From the IMG/VR virus record IMGVR_UViG_3300042863_002246: DNA of 64,000 nucleotides; one strand, given 5' to 3'. The stretch is from an uncultured virus (IMG/VR IMGVR_UViG_3300042863_002246) (lineage: Duplodnaviria; Heunggongvirae; Uroviricota; Caudoviricetes). Below are positions 8,827 to 16,841 of the stretch, one piece after another. Each line of letters opens with the position of its first letter. The first letter of the stretch is position 1. The notes under the pieces are model-generated. The model had not been told where the DNA came from. It was given only the letters and a program-made list of their open reading frames with translations, and made no database searches. The translations under genes were made by a program, and so were the position numbers.

Positions 8827-10425
8827 CTAAGTAACAGGATTTTTAGTTATTGCGGTATCTGAAAGTGTTGTTCCGGCTGCTATGGTAGTCATATCTGGCT
8901 TAATTATAATAAGAACAACTCTTCTGTTTTTTTGTTTATTTTCTGCATTTTTGTTATCTGTGAGTGGTTTTGTTTCTCCCAATCCTTCGGTTGTTATCAT
9001 TCCTTCTGCAACTCCTTTATCTACTAAATACTTCTTCGTAGATGCTGCTCTTCTATTTGATAGAGATAAATTACTTTCATTTGATCCATCAGAATCGGTA
9101 TGTCCTTCAACCTTAAGCTTCCAAGATGTTTCTTTTTTAAGAAGTTCTGCCAACTTATTCAAGCTTTCAAAACTTTCTGGTCTTATATCAGATTTGTTTG
9201 TGTCAAAGTTTAGATTTCTAAATGCAGTTATTACTACTTCTTCTACCTCGGCAGGTGGAGTAGATGGTGTTCCTGCTATTTTTTCCTCAACCGCAGGTGG
9301 TGGAGTAGATGCAGTTCCAGGATCTGGAACAGCTTTGTTAGTCTGAACACTTTTCGCCGCTTCATCCCAGTCATCTCTTGTAGATAATGTATATGTCAAT
9401 TTGTTACCATACTTATCTTTATGTACCTCACATAGTTTAAAAAAATCATTAAGGTCATCTGCTGTAGAAAAAACTTGTGAACCATCTTCTGACCAGTTTC
9501 CAACTTTTTTACCTCCTGGATATCCTAAATGTATTTTTATACCAAAATCACCGTTTCCATCATCGTTTACTTTTTGTGGTGATGTTAGATTACTTGGAAG
9601 AAACTCTGGTCTATCATATTCTTTATCCAACCAAACCATTTGTTTAGAATCTTTAGTAGTCAATAAAGCAGGTGCTCCACCATATTTTGATATTTTATAA
9701 ACATCGATATATTGTGAAGGAACTAATATTCTTATTCCTTTAAGTTTATTGTCTTCTATTGGTGCAACTGCTGGTTTTGTATCGGTTTTAGGTGCGACTA
9801 CTTCTGGTGTTGATGCAGTTCCTTCTGGTGTTTTATCTTTTGAGTTTTTTATCAAAGCATAAGCTCCTGCACCTACTAATGCGGCACCTCCGGCAACTGC
9901 GGCAACTGCCAATGCTTTATCTTTATCAAAATTAAATGTAAATCCGGCAGGAGATCCTGGTGTACTAGCAGTGCCGGCCGCGGTGGCTGACGTAACTGCT
10001 ACGGCTGTTGCGTTTTTTTCTGGTGTGGTAACTGCCGCAGTCTCGGGCGTCGTTGTGGTTGTAGTAGTTGTAGCCACTTCTTTAGGTGGATCTAAACTAA
10101 AATCAATGTTCAGTCCATACTTTACTGCAAACTCATCTGTTATTATAGCGACCATTTCGGTTGCTAATACCTTTGGTGGTGAGAACATCGATGCTTCACC
10201 ATTCTTTATTATTGTTCCATTGTTGTCAGGAACGACTAAGTTGGTCTGTGGATTAGTGAACGGAACTGGAATTCCAGTAACCTCACCTACGGCAGTCCTT
10301 TCGGTCATTCCGCTGGCTGCAATTGTTTCGTTTATGGTTATCTTCCCGGATAGGTTCTTCTCAAAATTGTTCTGAGTACTACCGTAAAACATCGGATTCG
10401 TTATGTATAACTTATATTCTATCAT
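8827..10425 (-). CDS. Multidomain protein: shared N-terminal module, C-terminal half of an L,D-peptidase-like domain, OmpA-like peptidoglycan-binding domain
   Basis: LNFDTNKSDI..VEGHTDSDG..NLSLSNRRA..GLGETKP..NRRV OmpA signature; GIKIH..GNWSEDGSQVF..LTYTL matches ORF 42246-42842. Confidence 0.8.
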   Translation of the reverse strand: MIEYKLYITNPMFYGSTQNNFEKNLSGKITINETIAASGMTERTAVGEVTGIPVPFTNPQTNLVVPDNNGTIIKNGEASMFSPPKVLATEMVAIITDEFAVKYGLNIDFSLDPPKEVATTTTTTTTPETAAVTTPEKNATAVAVTSATAAGTASTPGSPAGFTFNFDKDKALAVAAVAGGAALVGAGAYALIKNSKDKTPEGTASTPEVVAPKTDTKPAVAPIEDNKLKGIRILVPSQYIDVYKISKYGGAPALLTTKDSKQMVWLDKEYDRPEFLPSNLTSPQKVNDDGNGDFGIKIHLGYPGGKKVGNWSEDGSQVFSTADDLNDFFKLCEVHKDKYGNKLTYTLSTRDDWDEAAKSVQTNKAVPDPGTASTPPPAVEEKIAGTPSTPPAEVEEVVITAFRNLNFDTNKSDIRPESFESLNKLAELLKKETSWKLKVEGHTDSDGSNESNLSLSNRRAASTKKYLVDKGVAEGMITTEGLGETKPLTDNKNAENKQKNRRVVLIIIKPDMTTIAAGTTLSDTAITKNPVT

Positions 10426-10435
10426 CTTTTATCTT

Positions 10436-12154
10436 TTATTTCTGGAATATTATCCATTTTGCTACTATATTTTCTCCCGATTCTTTAGTGAAAGTAGCAC
10501 CGTTGCCAGATGTTGTATCAACTTTCATATTCTTCAATTTTTCCATCAATGCAATTTGGGCGGCACTATAAGTTTTCCCTGTCACTGTTATATTAGAGTC
10601 TAATAAGGTTTTACCACTAACACTACCTGTTGATGTATATCCGTCTTTTTCAAGCTTATCTTGAGTTGTCGGTGTTATCGTGGGTGGTGTTAAATCTTCT
10701 GATGTTCCACTTGTTCCTGATGTTCCACTTGTTCCTGAAGTCCCACTTGTTCCCGAAGTTCCACTTGTTCCAGATGTTCCTGACGTTCCTGAAGTTCCAC
10801 TTGCTGTAGCACCCGCGCTCGCAGGATTGTCCTCGTCAGTAGCAGTGTTAGATATAGGACCTTTCATAAAGTCTTTCAAAGTTATCTTAGTACCAATCTT
10901 TTCTTCCCAATACTTTCTTTCTTTTCTTTTAAAATCTTTGTCTTTTATCCATCCTTTTGTTATCTCAAATTCAACACCGGGCATTGTAGAGAATACATAT
11001 TGTTTCAACTGCCATACATCTTTGTCGTCTTTATAGAAAGCATAAAGTTTGTCTACAAATTCGTCAGTGTATTTGTCACCAGACTTCAGACCTTGGTTTC
11101 TTATTGAAACTATGTTTAGTTCATATGGTTTTGTGAATACTTTGTAGTTCTTTATTCTTAACATCTCTAAAAGAACGTCTATATCTGGATTATGTGCTGG
11201 TTTCTCCGGTGCTAAATCCATAGGTGCTGATGCTGTTGGTGCATCGACCGGTGGTTTTTCAAATGTTTGTGTAGTAGGTCCTTCAACAGGAACAAACTTC
11301 ACCGGCTCTTTGGTTGTTAGTTTGTTTTCATCAACAGTGGATGCCCATGTATCTCCTTTTTGTCCTTCTGTTACTGAACCTTTGGCTGCACCACCATCTG
11401 TTCTTTCTTGTGTTGCTATACTATCGTTGTCTACGATATAGACGTTCTTAGACAATATCTTAGGATCTTTCAATGAAAAGTATAGCTGTACTTGTGCCAT
11501 TAGTGCAGGAGTCGCCACAACAGGTGAAAGAAGGTTTCCTAAGAAAGGTCCACCTTTAGAACCCATAAGTATATTTAGAAACTCATCAAACCAGTTTACA
11601 AAATTGTCTCCTAAGATTGCTCTTTGTGTAGAGTTTGGAGATCCTATGTTTATCTTTCCAAAGTTGTCTTTTAGGTTTACGTTTATACAGGCTTCTCTTA
11701 TGTTTATATTGTTGAACTTATGGTCTATTTTCAATCCTTCAGAATCGTTTACGTATATCTGAGTTTTGTGGTCGTACAATAGTGCTTTCATTGAAAGATA
11801 GTCAGGCTCTGATAGTTGTTCCAACTTTTTTTCTAAGTTCACGTTGTAGTGATCAGAAGATATGTATTCCGGTGTGTTTTTGTTTCCATCTTCGAATACT
11901 ACGGTAACTACTTTACCTTTTTCTGGAAGATTAAAGTTGTTTCCGTTTACGTCTTTCCAAGGAGTTGCCCATGGAAGATCCTCTACCGATATTTCATATT
12001 TGTCGTCTTTACTTTTCTCGTCAAATACGTCAAGAACTCTTATCTTACATCTTCCTAGTTTTTTAGGGTCGTTGTTGTCTTCGACGGTGCCGATATATGT
12101 TTTGTTGGCACTTGCGCCATCCATCTTGTTCTTTACGAAATCTTTTGCACTCAT
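10436..12154 (-). CDS. Baseplate hub/spike protein, gp5-like OB-fold, carrying the N-terminal half of an L,D-peptidase-like domain
   Basis: YIGTVEDNNDPKKLGRCKIRV..LPWA..LPEKGKVVTVVFEDG gp5/VgrG OB-fold pattern; YELNIVSIRN..STMPG matches ORF 42246-42842. Confidence 0.8.
   Translation of the reverse strand: MSAKDFVKNKMDGASANKTYIGTVEDNNDPKKLGRCKIRVLDVFDEKSKDDKYEISVEDLPWATPWKDVNGNNFNLPEKGKVVTVVFEDGNKNTPEYISSDHYNVNLEKKLEQLSEPDYLSMKALLYDHKTQIYVNDSEGLKIDHKFNNINIREACINVNLKDNFGKINIGSPNSTQRAILGDNFVNWFDEFLNILMGSKGGPFLGNLLSPVVATPALMAQVQLYFSLKDPKILSKNVYIVDNDSIATQERTDGGAAKGSVTEGQKGDTWASTVDENKLTTKEPVKFVPVEGPTTQTFEKPPVDAPTASAPMDLAPEKPAHNPDIDVLLEMLRIKNYKVFTKPYELNIVSIRNQGLKSGDKYTDEFVDKLYAFYKDDKDVWQLKQYVFSTMPGVEFEITKGWIKDKDFKRKERKYWEEKIGTKITLKDFMKGPISNTATDEDNPASAGATASGTSGTSGTSGTSGTSGTSGTSGTSGTSGTSGTSEDLTPPTITPTTQDKLEKDGYTSTGSVSGKTLLDSNITVTGKTYSAAQIALMEKLKNMKVDTTSGNGATFTKESGENIVAKWIIFQK
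10700..10798 (-). repeat. (Gly-Thr-Ser)11 tandem coding repeat
   Basis: 11 nine-nt units; Ser codons largely alternate AGT and TCN. Confidence 0.95.
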
Positions 12155-12158
12155 AGAT

Positions 12159-12167
12159 TATATATTA
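12159..12167 (-). promoter_or_regulatory. Putative late promoter box TAATATATA
   Basis: Exact motif 4 nt upstream of the gp5-like start. Confidence 0.6.
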
Positions 12168-12236
12168 ATTAATCTAATCTCAACAGAGAGTAAATCAATT
12201 ATATCTAATATTTTATCAGATTATAACAAAATGTTG

Positions 12237-15200
12237 TTATTTACCGAACTTTTTATTATTTACAGGGAAACTCCATTTAGTTCCAGATTGAACTATTTGT
12301 GTAAGTGTACTATTACCTTGTGTAAGTGGTGCTGGATACTTCTGAGGTGCTTTAGGAAACTGAACCATATTTAAATTAGTACTACCATATTTATTACCGG
12401 TCTTTGTATTTGAATCAAGTATCTGTTTTAAAGTTCCATTACCCATATTTGTAGGAGTTGGATATTTTTGCCCGCCTGCGGGAAACTGAAGTCCACTCAT
12501 AGATCCAGGAACACTTACCCATTTACTACTTGTTAGTAAATCTTTAAGTTTTTGATTACCCGAAGAAACCGGTGCAGGATATTTCTGACCACCTGCAGGA
12601 AACTGAACCATATTTACATCGCTAGTCCCATAGTTACTTATTTTAGAGTTTCCAGTTACTATTTGATCAAGCGTCTTATTGCCTTGTGTAAGTGGTGCCG
12701 GATATTTTTGTCCAGCATCCGGAAACTGAATACTTCCCATTGGGAAACTCCAAACCGTTTTAGAAGAAACAAGGTTTGCCAATGTTTTAACAACTTGTGT
12801 AAGTGGTGCCGGATATTTCTGTGCACCTGCCGGAAACTGTATCTTGTCATAGTCTTTTGTACCAACCGGAAATTTGTTGTTCAATGGATTTGAATATCCG
12901 TCTATCATTGTTGCTGGTTTGTTGCTACCATCAGTATAGATTGTTCCTTTAGGTTTCATGAATGAAAATCCTTTAACTCCGATACCACCACCAAACTTAA
13001 CTTGTCCCATAGTTACGAATTTGAAAGTAGTGTTTGAGTTGAATAGTTTATTTACTGATGTTCCTGCCCATTTTGTACTATGTTTACTAGAATCAAAGAA
13101 TGGCATCTTAGGTCCTTTACTCTGCATTGCTGCGATAAGTTTAGCTTCGGCATCATATACTGAGAACTTACTAGTTAGTTTATCTAATGTCGCACCTATG
13201 TTAGGCATTTTAAATGGTACGTTTAGTTGAGTTCCTGGTAATAGTGACTGCATCGCACCACCCATTACAGCAGCTACGTCTTCTCCAACAAAATTAAATA
13301 GGTCGTTTCTTACGTCAAAGAATATTCCGAAACTATGTGGTGTGTATGGTCTAGGATATACTCTCTTAGGTTCGTTTTTCATACCACCCAATCCTAATAA
13401 ATTTCTTGCCTTGTTTATAGTGTTTTCCAATAATTTGGCTCTTATGCTTATTTGGTTATTTACTTCATTGAATACAAATTTCGCAGCACCCTTTGCTAAA
13501 TTGACTGCAGACTTTTTAGCATTTTCTTTAAATTGATCAAGTGCTTGTTTTGTCTTTTTCTTTCTATCTTCTTTCTTAGAATCTTTTGATTCTTCGTCTT
13601 CTCCAACTGAATCACCTGGTTTTTGAGGTGCTTTTGGTATAGTAGAAGGAGTTTCATCTCCTGATGTACCTGTAACTATCTTAGCTTCTTCACCATCCGA
13701 TTCTGCACTTACTTTGAATGCGTCCATTATGATGGCTTTAGTTACTCCATTTCCTCTCATAGTGTTTGTTCCTACCGTGTAGAATTTAGGAACAGAAGTA
13801 TCAACAGTTACGAATCCGCCTACGTTTCTAGCACTTCTCATTCCTTTGTTTCCTATCTTCCATATAGCACCATTGTTATATCCTACATATTGTCCGAACT
13901 TCTCTGTATCTGGTATCCACTTTTCGAGTTTCATATGTGCATATTTATAATCGAAAGTAACTTCAAATGCAGCGTTTCCATCACCATACATTTTAATAGT
14001 ACCCATGTCGATAGAATCTTCATGTGGCATGGTATTGAAGTAGAACTGACATTCTCTAAGAGAGTATATGTATCTAGACACATTGTCTTTTATTATCTCT
14101 AAATCTCCTGTTTTTGTTGCTTTTCTAACTCTATTGAAGTTTCTACATTCAGAAACTATTATATCACAATTGAATCTTAGAAGATTTTCAGGAATAAGTC
14201 CTTTACCATTTGGTTTTGACCAATAAAGTAGTTTGTATAGATGTGCTAATGTACCCATTGTTGCAGATACGTCTTCTAAGAATGTAAGCTTTATTACATC
14301 TTTACCATAATCTGTTAAGTATTTTTTAGTTTCTGCACTATTGGACTCTATTAGTTTAGAAAGACCATCAATTTTTTGCAAATAGTATGACATATAAGCC
14401 TTTTTACCTGGTCTGTATAGGTTTGTTTGTGTCTCTGCTCCAGCATATGCTGATAGTAGACCATCAACACTGGATGCTAGTGCTTGACCATCACGTTGTT
14501 TGTTTATAAGAACGTCGTCTCCTTTGTATGTTTTTTGATTAACTGATCCTTTCGTTCTGAATATTTTTGAAAATTGTCTTTTGAAATCATCCAATACTAT
14601 GGCTCTTGATGCAATCTCACTCACGTATGAAAATTCTGATATGAAGTCCTCTACCGATCCGTTCAATAGTGGTGAACTGAACGCGTCGATTACTATCTCA
14701 ACTCCGTACATTACAGGATCGTTGTTTTCATATGGTGTATTTTTAAAAGAAGCCAATCTAAAAGAGTCTCCAGATCCATTCCATGATTCTCTTGCACCAG
14801 TTCCTGATTTTAGATTTGTATATCCATCGATGTGAAGACCATGTCTAAAGTAGTCTGTTCCTTGGTCATTGAATCTAAGATAGTAGTCTCTTGCTGAATA
14901 TGCTTCAGATTCTACTTTGTCTCTTGTTGTTTCTTCAAGTTTTTGTTTTGTATCGGTACTTACAAAGTTTTTGGCAAACTGTGTGTAATAATCACTTTCA
15001 AGATGTGAATTCATAAGATGTCCTATCCATGCGTTTCCATCATTCCAACTATATTCATTTATTTTACCTTTTCCTAATTTAGTATCTAATATTTGCTTAC
15101 TTAAAAATGAAGGAGGTAAAAATCCTGGTTCGTATCTTTTAGTTCCTTTTAAAGATATGACGGTTAGTGGTTTTATTATTATTGATGGACTCCAATCTGT

Positions 15201-15392
15201 AGGTTTATTTGTATTGACGTTTTTGGTAAGATCATCTGGAGTTGCTTGAAGGGTTGTCGTACCTGGTGAAAATGATCCATCTGTTCTAAAATCTCCTTGT
15301 ACCACGTCCAACAAGGCACCTACAGGAAGCTTTGAGTTGTCAAATAACCCAAGCGTACCACCACCAAATTTCAAATTACTAAAATATCCCAT
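12237..15392 (-). CDS. Large baseplate/tail-associated protein with C-terminal repeats
   Basis: 1051 aa between the gp5-like and GH19 genes; five QFPxxxQKYPxP repeats. Confidence 0.55.
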   Translation of the reverse strand: MGYFSNLKFGGGTLGLFDNSKLPVGALLDVVQGDFRTDGSFSPGTTTLQATPDDLTKNVNTNKPTDWSPSIIIKPLTVISLKGTKRYEPGFLPPSFLSKQILDTKLGKGKINEYSWNDGNAWIGHLMNSHLESDYYTQFAKNFVSTDTKQKLEETTRDKVESEAYSARDYYLRFNDQGTDYFRHGLHIDGYTNLKSGTGARESWNGSGDSFRLASFKNTPYENNDPVMYGVEIVIDAFSSPLLNGSVEDFISEFSYVSEIASRAIVLDDFKRQFSKIFRTKGSVNQKTYKGDDVLINKQRDGQALASSVDGLLSAYAGAETQTNLYRPGKKAYMSYYLQKIDGLSKLIESNSAETKKYLTDYGKDVIKLTFLEDVSATMGTLAHLYKLLYWSKPNGKGLIPENLLRFNCDIIVSECRNFNRVRKATKTGDLEIIKDNVSRYIYSLRECQFYFNTMPHEDSIDMGTIKMYGDGNAAFEVTFDYKYAHMKLEKWIPDTEKFGQYVGYNNGAIWKIGNKGMRSARNVGGFVTVDTSVPKFYTVGTNTMRGNGVTKAIIMDAFKVSAESDGEEAKIVTGTSGDETPSTIPKAPQKPGDSVGEDEESKDSKKEDRKKKTKQALDQFKENAKKSAVNLAKGAAKFVFNEVNNQISIRAKLLENTINKARNLLGLGGMKNEPKRVYPRPYTPHSFGIFFDVRNDLFNFVGEDVAAVMGGAMQSLLPGTQLNVPFKMPNIGATLDKLTSKFSVYDAEAKLIAAMQSKGPKMPFFDSSKHSTKWAGTSVNKLFNSNTTFKFVTMGQVKFGGGIGVKGFSFMKPKGTIYTDGSNKPATMIDGYSNPLNNKFPVGTKDYDKIQFPAGAQKYPAPLTQVVKTLANLVSSKTVWSFPMGSIQFPDAGQKYPAPLTQGNKTLDQIVTGNSKISNYGTSDVNMVQFPAGGQKYPAPVSSGNQKLKDLLTSSKWVSVPGSMSGLQFPAGGQKYPTPTNMGNGTLKQILDSNTKTGNKYGSTNLNMVQFPKAPQKYPAPLTQGNSTLTQIVQSGTKWSFPVNNKKFGK
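12290..12850 (-). repeat. Five ~38-42 aa repeats with core QFP(A/D/K)xxQKYP(A/T)P
   Basis: KIQFPAGAQKYPAP, SIQFPDAGQKYPAP, MVQFPAGGQKYPAP, GLQFPAGGQKYPTP, MVQFPKAPQKYPAP. Confidence 0.9.
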
Positions 15393-15416
15393 AAACTATA
15401 TATAAAAAATCTATTG

Positions 15417-16841
15417 CTATGTATAAGAAGATGGATTTTTCTCAAGTACTGACCAATAGTAAGTAAATTTTTCTTTTCTATCTGCTAGACCATTGTCACC
15501 ACCATTAACCCATCTTGATATTTTGGTAACGATATCCATACCTGCTCCTTCGTTTGCCTTTTTAGGAAAGTTTTTAACACCTTTTGGACCAGCAACACTC
15601 CAGAACCAAACAGAACAATCTGCTGCAAATTTTCCTTCTAGTAACTCAGGATTTGCCACAACATCGTCTTTTATTCCTTTAGATTTTAAGTAAGTGTTGT
15701 ATGATGTGTAGTTTGCTCTTCCTGTTATTTGTATATAACCTCTTCCTTTGTATCTAACACCATCTCCTGTTTGTGTATTTCCTAAATCTTTTCTACCTTC
15801 ATATGCCTTACCAGATGCAAACTCTCTCTTCCAAGCAAATTGTCCAGATTCGTGAGCACATTGTGCAAGGAAGTGAGCTCTTTCAAGTGCACTCTTTATA
15901 CCATAGTCTTTCATTGCTTTAATAACGTCTGCAGGTGGTGATTTGGATGGTTTTCCAGGTTTGTACTTAACCATCTCTTTAGCTATTTCTGTTTTCTCTT
16001 CTGGTGTGATATTTGAATTTGTATCTTGTGATATTTGTTGGATATATGCATCAAAAGTTACTTTTAGTTCTTCATCTCCTGCAAAAATTTCTTCTGAGAA
16101 TTCTTCATCCATCTCTTCCGCTGGTGGTACTTCTAAAGGTTCTTCTTTGATTTCACCAACACCTACTATTGTCAATGTTCCTAGTTCGTTGTTTACTCCT
16201 ATAAACTGATTGTCTTGTTCTATGTTGAAAGTGAATTCTCCTGCTAAACTGTCACCACTTGTTCCTGAAGTACCACCAGTTCCAGAAGTCCCGCTAGTAC
16301 CAGAAGTCCCGCTAGTACCAGAAGTACCTGCTGGAGTTTCAGTGGTTGTTTTAGTAACGTCACCACTAGTTCCTGATGTTCCACTAGTTCCTGATGTTCC
16401 TGATGTACCACTTGTACTTGAATCTGTAGAGTCTGGAGTAGAGTCGGAAGCATAAAAATCTATTTCTACTCCAAATAGATTTTTATATCTTTCTTTTATC
16501 ATATCTCTTGCCGCAGTATCCGCTATGTATTCGTAGTAATTGTCTTTAGTTACTTCACTTCCCCATCCAGTAGTGTCACTAAAAGATATTTCTATTTTTT
16601 TTTCTGTAACCACTGCATTAGTTATAGGATTTGTAAATGGATTTATAAGACCTGTGGCTTCTGCACTTGCTTTCCAATATCCATTTCCATCTTTAGTCGA
16701 ATTTGGAGCACCATCTTTCACTTTGGAAAAATCATATACACGAACTTTTATTTTCGCATAATCGGTTCCAGCAGGTATTGAAGTTACCCAGTTTGCATCG
16801 GTGGGTGTTTTATATTTTTTTACTGAATAAATATATTCCAT
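15417..16841 (-). CDS. Baseplate-linked GH19 lysozyme/chitinase-fold protein with shared N-terminal module and GTS linker
   Basis: AHFLAQCAHESG, YEGRKDLGN..GDG.RYKGRGYIQITGRANY, VNGG.NGL.DR. Confidence 0.85.
   Translation of the reverse strand: MEYIYSVKKYKTPTDANWVTSIPAGTDYAKIKVRVYDFSKVKDGAPNSTKDGNGYWKASAEATGLINPFTNPITNAVVTEKKIEISFSDTTGWGSEVTKDNYYEYIADTAARDMIKERYKNLFGVEIDFYASDSTPDSTDSSTSGTSGTSGTSGTSGTSGDVTKTTTETPAGTSGTSGTSGTSGTSGTGGTSGTSGDSLAGEFTFNIEQDNQFIGVNNELGTLTIVGVGEIKEEPLEVPPAEEMDEEFSEEIFAGDEELKVTFDAYIQQISQDTNSNITPEEKTEIAKEMVKYKPGKPSKSPPADVIKAMKDYGIKSALERAHFLAQCAHESGQFAWKREFASGKAYEGRKDLGNTQTGDGVRYKGRGYIQITGRANYTSYNTYLKSKGIKDDVVANPELLEGKFAADCSVWFWSVAGPKGVKNFPKKANEGAGMDIVTKISRWVNGGDNGLADRKEKFTYYWSVLEKNPSSYT
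16255..16420 (-). repeat. Two (GTS)n tracts
   Basis: TSGTSGTSGTSGTSGTSG and GTSGTSGTSGTSGTSGTGGTSGTSG. Confidence 0.9.

Noticed and set aside
10426..10438. Programmed frameshift or readthrough joining the gp5-like and OmpA ORFs
   Set aside because: No canonical slippery heptamer seen; the downstream ORF starts with a domain that is also N-terminal in the GH19 gene, so it looks like a real gene start. Not fully excluded
10700..12850. CRISPR array or DGR template/variable repeats
   Set aside because: Repeats are in-frame coding units with synonymous variation, no unique spacers, no adenine-specific mismatches, no Cas or reverse transcriptase gene
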